DNA of 64,000 nucleotides from Thermococcus sp. JdFR-02 (GTDB lineage Archaea; Methanobacteriota_B; Thermococci; Thermococcales; Thermococcaceae): NCBI GenBank assembly GCA_002009975.1, contig MTLP01000036.1, positions 13,563 to 77,562 of the forward strand, read 5' to 3'. Shown piece by piece: positions 59,100 to 64,000 of this stretch (position 1 is its first letter; each line of letters starts with the position of its first letter). The notes under the pieces were generated by a model. It saw only the letters and a program-made list of their open reading frames with translations, ran no database searches and was not told where the DNA came from. The position numbers and the translations under genes were made by a program.

Positions 59100-60491
59100 G
59101 TGAAGTGGGATGAAATTAAAAAGTATACTAACAGAAAAATTGATGAGAGCTTAAAGATTGCCGAACTTGATGAAAAGTACATTCCAAAGGCTTCCGGATT
59201 AAAGTACTATCCACTAGCTGTAGCAAAAGCTGAAGGTTCTAGGGTTTGGGATGTTGATGGAAATGAGTATATAGATTTTCTAACCAGTGCAGCTGTTTAT
59301 AACATTGGTCATAGACATCCAAAAGTCGTTAAAGCTATTAAAGAGCAAATTGACAAGGTGCTAAACTACACAATGGCATATCTCTATGAAGAACCACCTG
59401 TAAAACTAGCTAAAATGCTAACTGAAATAGCCCCTGGAAACTTTGAAAAGAAAGTTACTTTTGGATTTTCTGGCTCCGATAGTGTGGACTCATCAATAAA
59501 AGCCGCAAGAGCTTACACAAAGAAAAAACACATCATATCTTTTCTTCACTCCTATCATGGAATGACTTATGGTGCATTATCAGCAACAGGAATTATTGAA
59601 CCTGAAGTGAAAGAAGTAATCCATCCAATAAAAGAGATTCACTTTATTGAGTATCCAGACCCATATAGAAATTCTTGGGGAATTGATGGCTATGAAAACC
59701 CTATGGAATTGACAAATGTTGTATTAGACAATGTTGAGAGAAAAATAAAAGATCTCTCCGAGGATATTGCTGGAATTATAATAGAGCCAATCCAAGGCGA
59801 TGCTGGAGTAGTTGTCCCCCCTAGTGAGTTTGTTAAAGGATTAAAAAAATTAACAGAGGAATATGGGATAGTTTTCATAGATGAGGAAGTACAAACGGGT
59901 ATGGGAAGAACAGGAAAATGGTGGGCAATAGAGCATTTTGGTGTTATTCCAGACATTCTAGCAAGTGCAAAAGCATTGGGTGGAGGAATGCCAATCTCTG
60001 CAACAATTGGAAAGGCTGAGATTATGAAAAGCGTGCCAGTTCCACTATTCGTGTTTACCCATCTTGGACATGCCGTAAATTCAAGTGCTGCAATTGCTAC
60101 AATAGAGGCCATAAAAGAAGAAAGACTCATTGAAAGAGCAAAGAAGCTTGGAGAATACATTATCAAAAGATTTGAAGAAATGAAAGAACAGTACGAAATA
60201 ATAGGGGATGTGAGGGGAAAGGGACTTCTAATTGGTGTTGATATTGTAAAGGACGAAAAGACAAGAAAACCCGATAGAACCACGGCATTAAAGATCTGCT
60301 GGAAGGCATGGGAGAAGGGTTTAATAGTGATAACATTTGGAAAGCATGGCAATGTTTTAAGAATTGCCCCTCCGCTAAATATTCCAAAAGAAGACCTAGA
60401 CAAAGGATTGGAGATAATTGAAGATGCTATAAAAGAAGTTTTGTCTGGAAAAGTTCCTGATGAAGTTGTCAAATTTTTAAGGGGATGGTGA
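59100..60491 (+). CDS. PLP class-III aminotransferase-family enzyme, probable broad-specificity amino-acid racemase (P. horikoshii BAR-like)
   Basis: [36 protein letters not shown]; N-terminus [16 protein letters not shown] matches my recollection of BAR. Confidence 0.8.
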   Translation: MKWDEIKKYTNRKIDESLKIAELDEKYIPKASGLKYYPLAVAKAEGSRVWDVDGNEYIDFLTSAAVYNIGHRHPKVVKAIKEQIDKVLNYTMAYLYEEPPVKLAKMLTEIAPGNFEKKVTFGFSGSDSVDSSIKAARAYTKKKHIISFLHSYHGMTYGALSATGIIEPEVKEVIHPIKEIHFIEYPDPYRNSWGIDGYENPMELTNVVLDNVERKIKDLSEDIAGIIIEPIQGDAGVVVPPSEFVKGLKKLTEEYGIVFIDEEVQTGMGRTGKWWAIEHFGVIPDILASAKALGGGMPISATIGKAEIMKSVPVPLFVFTHLGHAVNSSAAIATIEAIKEERLIERAKKLGEYIIKRFEEMKEQYEIIGDVRGKGLLIGVDIVKDEKTRKPDRTTALKICWKAWEKGLIVITFGKHGNVLRIAPPLNIPKEDLDKGLEIIEDAIKEVLSGKVPDEVVKFLRGW

Positions 60492-60526
60492 TCTTCTTTT
60501 GCTTCTCTTTTTGTGGAGGGAGATTG

Positions 60527-61603
60527 ATGAAGCTTAAAAACAAGCTCAGAAAAAATCTGTTTGAGATTAAAAGGGAAAGCTATGTTAAAGAAGACATTTC
60601 TAAAGAAGGAATTCTAGACTGTTCTTTAGGGACAAATCCCTATGGATTTCCAAAAGAAATATTAAGTAAGGTTAATCTTGAAAATTTTGATTTATCAAAG
60701 TATCCTGATCCATATCATGACTCTCTAAGAGAAGCTTTGGTGGAGTATTGGAAAGGTGCATTTACTAAGGAGGATGTTTTTATTGGAGCTGGCTCTATGG
60801 GGTGCTTAGAAAAAATAAATAAATTTGCAATAAATGAGGGGAGCAGAATTTTAGGCTATGCCCCACAATTTTCTGAATACATAACTGAAGTGAGAATAAT
60901 GGGCGGTGTTTATGATTACGTTCAATTAAGAAAAGAGAACGATTTTGAGTTTGAGCTTGACCCCTTTATTGAAAAGATAAGCAATAAATACACACTAATT
61001 TACATTGACAACCCCAACAACCCCACTGGACAAACAATCCCCATAGATATCCTTGAAGAAATTACTCAAAAAGCAGCTAAAGAAGATGTGATAGTAATAG
61101 TTGATGAAGCTTATGGAGACTTTATGCCAAAAAAGAACTCTGCAATAAACTTAAACTATGAAAATCTTGTGATTGTTAGATCATTCTCAAAAGGATTTGG
61201 ATTGGCTAACCTAAGAGTAGGATACGCAGTAATAAAAGGAAAAGAACTAAGAGATTTATATTCCAAAATCAATCTGCCTTTCCAAATAGACACATTATCA
61301 GAGATACTGACAATTAAGATGCTTAAACATGGTAAATTCCTAGAAAAGAGCAAAAAATTAATCTCAAAAGAAAAAAAGAAGATCTTGGACTTTTTAAAAG
61401 AGAATTTTCGCATATCAAAAACATCCCCGACAGTTCCTATATTCTTGGTAGGAAAAGAAGGAGTAAACATGTATAGGTACATGCTAAGAAAAGGAATTTT
61501 GACTGTAGATGGAAGGGATTTTGTAGGTTTAGATTCTTCATATGTTAGAATTAGAATACCTCCAACCGCTAAGATGTTTATAGAGAAACTAAAAGAAAGT
61601 TAA
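60527..61603 (+). CDS. HisC-like class I/II PLP aminotransferase
   Basis: NPNNPTG, DEAYGDF, RSFSKGFGLANLRVGY. Confidence 0.88.
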   Translation: MKLKNKLRKNLFEIKRESYVKEDISKEGILDCSLGTNPYGFPKEILSKVNLENFDLSKYPDPYHDSLREALVEYWKGAFTKEDVFIGAGSMGCLEKINKFAINEGSRILGYAPQFSEYITEVRIMGGVYDYVQLRKENDFEFELDPFIEKISNKYTLIYIDNPNNPTGQTIPIDILEEITQKAAKEDVIVIVDEAYGDFMPKKNSAINLNYENLVIVRSFSKGFGLANLRVGYAVIKGKELRDLYSKINLPFQIDTLSEILTIKMLKHGKFLEKSKKLISKEKKKILDFLKENFRISKTSPTVPIFLVGKEGVNMYRYMLRKGILTVDGRDFVGLDSSYVRIRIPPTAKMFIEKLKES

Positions 61604-61622
61604 AAATAAGGTGAAAATAAGC

Positions 61623-62147
61623 ATGTGGGAAACAATAGAGCACCATTTTGACCGTTATCCATCAAGAAAAAAGCTTGCAAAATGCTTGTTTGAGTATGGA
61701 CTTAAAGTCACTGAAAATGGAACAATTAAGTGTGGAAACATTGCAATACCCTACTCAAAAATTGTAAAGTCCCTAAAAATAGATAAGGCAACCGTTTCAC
61801 AGACAATTAAGATGATACTAACCGATCCTAACTTAAAATCAATTTTTATGAATCTTGAACCTACTGTTAATTTAAGAAACATTGCAAATCATATGGGATA
61901 TACTGTTTTAGAGATAGAGTCAAAAACAAATAGTAGTGCCATACTACTTGAAATTGCTTCAAAAATGGACAGCAAAAACATAACCATTATACAATTTTTA
62001 GCGTATGCCCTCAATAACGGACTAAAGATAATTATAATAATCAACAAAGAATTCACCAGACCAATAATAGAAGCCTTAAGAGAGATACATGACATAAGAA
62101 TAGCCAATGTAACAAATTCTATACAGTTTACTGAAACTGAACTCTGA
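61623..62147 (+). CDS. ACT-domain amino-acid-metabolism regulator (COG2150-like)
   Basis: MW..IE.HF..YP.R..LA..L.E.GL, CG.I.I, C-terminal ACT-like domain. Confidence 0.75.
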   Translation: MWETIEHHFDRYPSRKKLAKCLFEYGLKVTENGTIKCGNIAIPYSKIVKSLKIDKATVSQTIKMILTDPNLKSIFMNLEPTVNLRNIANHMGYTVLEIESKTNSSAILLEIASKMDSKNITIIQFLAYALNNGLKIIIIINKEFTRPIIEALREIHDIRIANVTNSIQFTETEL

Positions 62148-62191
62148 GAATTCTTCATTAAAGAAAATAAAAAATAGTTGAGGGTTTGACA

Positions 62192-62506
62192 TTAAACCTC
62201 AATTATACCCTTCTTAGAAAGAGCCTCCAGAAGTTTTTCCTTTATTTCATTTTTGTCTACTAAATTTTTAAGAGCGATTACCATCTTCCCGGAATCAAGA
62301 AGTTCTTCCTCATGAAGCACTGAAGCTACTATAATGTCTGCATCACTAGATTTTGCGGTTAAAAGTTCTGTATGTTCAACTTTCGCTGGAATTTGCAATT
62401 CCTTTAGCACATCTTCTACAAACATTCTCATTATAAGAGAACTCCCTTGTCCAACCCCGCATACCGTCAGTATTTTTAGTGGTCTATCAAGTTTGTATTT
62501 CACCAT
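62192..62506 (-). CDS. ulaB: PTS EIIB component (UlaB/galactitol-ascorbate type)
   Basis: ILTVCGVGQGSS phosphorylation loop; GGAGGTG RBS before ATG 62506. Confidence 0.88.
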   Translation of the reverse strand: MVKYKLDRPLKILTVCGVGQGSSLIMRMFVEDVLKELQIPAKVEHTELLTAKSSDADIIVASVLHEEELLDSGKMVIALKNLVDKNEIKEKLLEALSKKGIIEV

Positions 62507-62591
62507 ACTCACACCTCCATTGTTTGTAAATATAATGAAAAGGAAATTAAAAGCTTGTCTTATAATGACTAAAGAAAAATAGTAAAGAAAT

Positions 62592-63884
62592 TCAGAATAT
62601 TGCTCCAAGTATTCCTTTAAGTATTGCAACTATTGCATACCAGTCTGGATCTCCAAGCGTGGCAAGTTCTGTACCATACGTTAGGAATTGCAAAGTTAAT
62701 GCCTGACCTATAGCTAAAACAAAACCATTGAGCGCTCCTGCAAATACTGCTCCCTTCCATCCTCCCGTTTTATTTCCGAAGACTGCTGCTGCACCTCCTG
62801 GGAAGAATAACATAATCATTGGAGGTACTATTACTGCAAATCCTGCTGCTATAAATATTGCCATCATTATTAGGAATACCCCAAGTCCACTAAGGAAACC
62901 AATTATAACTGCAGTTGGCGCATATGGAAAGACAACTGGACAATCAACTGCTGGGATTGCTCCTGGGATAACTTTCTCTGAAATTCCTTTGAATGCTGGA
63001 ACTATTTCTCCAACGAACATCTTAACACCTGTAAGCAATACCACTATTGCAACTGCAAAGTATACACCCCTAAGAACTGCCCATATTATTGGGTTTAAAT
63101 CTCCCGCTAGATTTATAACAGTCTCAGGAGCTTTAACATAACCCACAAGGGCTGCTGCTACCATGATAATTCCCAATATAATAGCAGTGCTTACAGCATA
63201 ATCCTTTAGGAATGATAGTGATTTTGGAAGCTTTATATTTTCAGTGCTCTCCTCAGGTTTTCCAATGTATTTCCCTACATGATAAGCAATTAAAGCTACT
63301 AGAGATGATGTGTGCGCATAACCAATTGCATCAGAACCAATAACATCCCTCATTGCATGGTGTATATATGCTGGCTGTATTGTCCAATATATTGCCATTA
63401 CAATAGCTCCAATTGTAATTATTTGCTTTGCACTAGCGTTTGGATTAACTGTTAAGATAACAGCTACAACTAATAATGATACCCACCACATGAGATGTCC
63501 CGTTAAATATACGTGACGGAGTCTTGGAATAACCCTTACAAGTATTAGATGCAATATGAACGCAACTGTCATTATAACCGCTGCATAGCTACCATATTGA
63601 CTTATTAAGTCATTTAAGGGAATATAGTTTGGTGGGTAGTTTGGAGAAACTCCAGTCGCAGCATTTATCAGCGATTGGAAATTTACAAGCTCATCTACAA
63701 AAAGTCCTGCACCTGCAAGCATCATAACTACTCCAATCATTACTTTTGCCGTTCCGGTTAATACTTCACTAAATGGTTTCCTCTGAAGAGCTAGTCCTAC
63801 TAATGCTACAATACCCAGCAATATTGCTGGCTGTCCAAGAATATTCGTACCAATCCAAGTTAAAACCTCCATAAAGGTAGTCAT
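62592..63884 (-). CDS. ulaA: PTS EIIC component, L-ascorbate family (UlaA/SgaT)
   Basis: GIVALVGL.LQRK, YLTGH, GEIVPAFKGISEKVIPGAIPAVDCP, FF.GG.AAVFGN..GG. Confidence 0.9.
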   Translation of the reverse strand: MTTFMEVLTWIGTNILGQPAILLGIVALVGLALQRKPFSEVLTGTAKVMIGVVMMLAGAGLFVDELVNFQSLINAATGVSPNYPPNYIPLNDLISQYGSYAAVIMTVAFILHLILVRVIPRLRHVYLTGHLMWWVSLLVVAVILTVNPNASAKQIITIGAIVMAIYWTIQPAYIHHAMRDVIGSDAIGYAHTSSLVALIAYHVGKYIGKPEESTENIKLPKSLSFLKDYAVSTAIILGIIMVAAALVGYVKAPETVINLAGDLNPIIWAVLRGVYFAVAIVVLLTGVKMFVGEIVPAFKGISEKVIPGAIPAVDCPVVFPYAPTAVIIGFLSGLGVFLIMMAIFIAAGFAVIVPPMIMLFFPGGAAAVFGNKTGGWKGAVFAGALNGFVLAIGQALTLQFLTYGTELATLGDPDWYAIVAILKGILGAIF

Positions 63885-64000
63885 GAAGATCACCAATATT
63901 TGTTTTGGGGCTTTGTTTATATATTTTTTGGTGATTGGGTGGTTTTTGTTTGTCTGTTTGCCGTATAAAGTTCGTATAAGTCTCTATTCTCAAAATAGAC

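Noticed and set aside
59690-60472. 260-aa antisense ORF and similar antisense ORFs elsewhere
   Set aside because: Ser/Ile/Phe-rich mirror frames of real genes, with no RBS or motifs

Overview
Archaeal chromosomal window from a member of the Thermococcales, most similar to Thermococcus. Evidence: family-B PolB, Tgr/TrmBL1, HAN nuclease, a C/D-box sRNA, GGTGA/GGAGG ribosome-binding sites and a Thermococcales-type 30-bp CRISPR repeat. From left to right it holds a cyclodextrin/maltodextrin/glycogen cluster (mdxE, CGTase, cyclomaltodextrinase, tgr, glgA) with TGM operators, housekeeping genes, a cas-less 19-repeat CRISPR array, and an AT-rich two-gene cassette. Then follow HAN, MFS pairs, an S-layer-like gene, polB with a 156-aa mini-intein, an ABC transporter, a 12-gene [NiFe]-hydrogenase/Mrp operon with no CODH or FDH input module, a D-amino-acid (racemase) cluster and a PTS EIIC-EIIB pair. 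The best candidate for an undescribed system is 18820-20520: a secreted protein with an N-terminal pro-domain and a C-terminal domain that follows the alpha-haemolysin/leukocidin beta-pore-forming motif order, followed by a membrane-anchored paralog of that pro-domain (candidate toxin-immunity pair). Also notable: all 18 CRISPR spacers appear oriented antisense to mRNA, the leader holds a degenerate inverted repeat copy, and a short structured element occurs twice. Protein assignments are from motif recognition by eye; no database searches were run.
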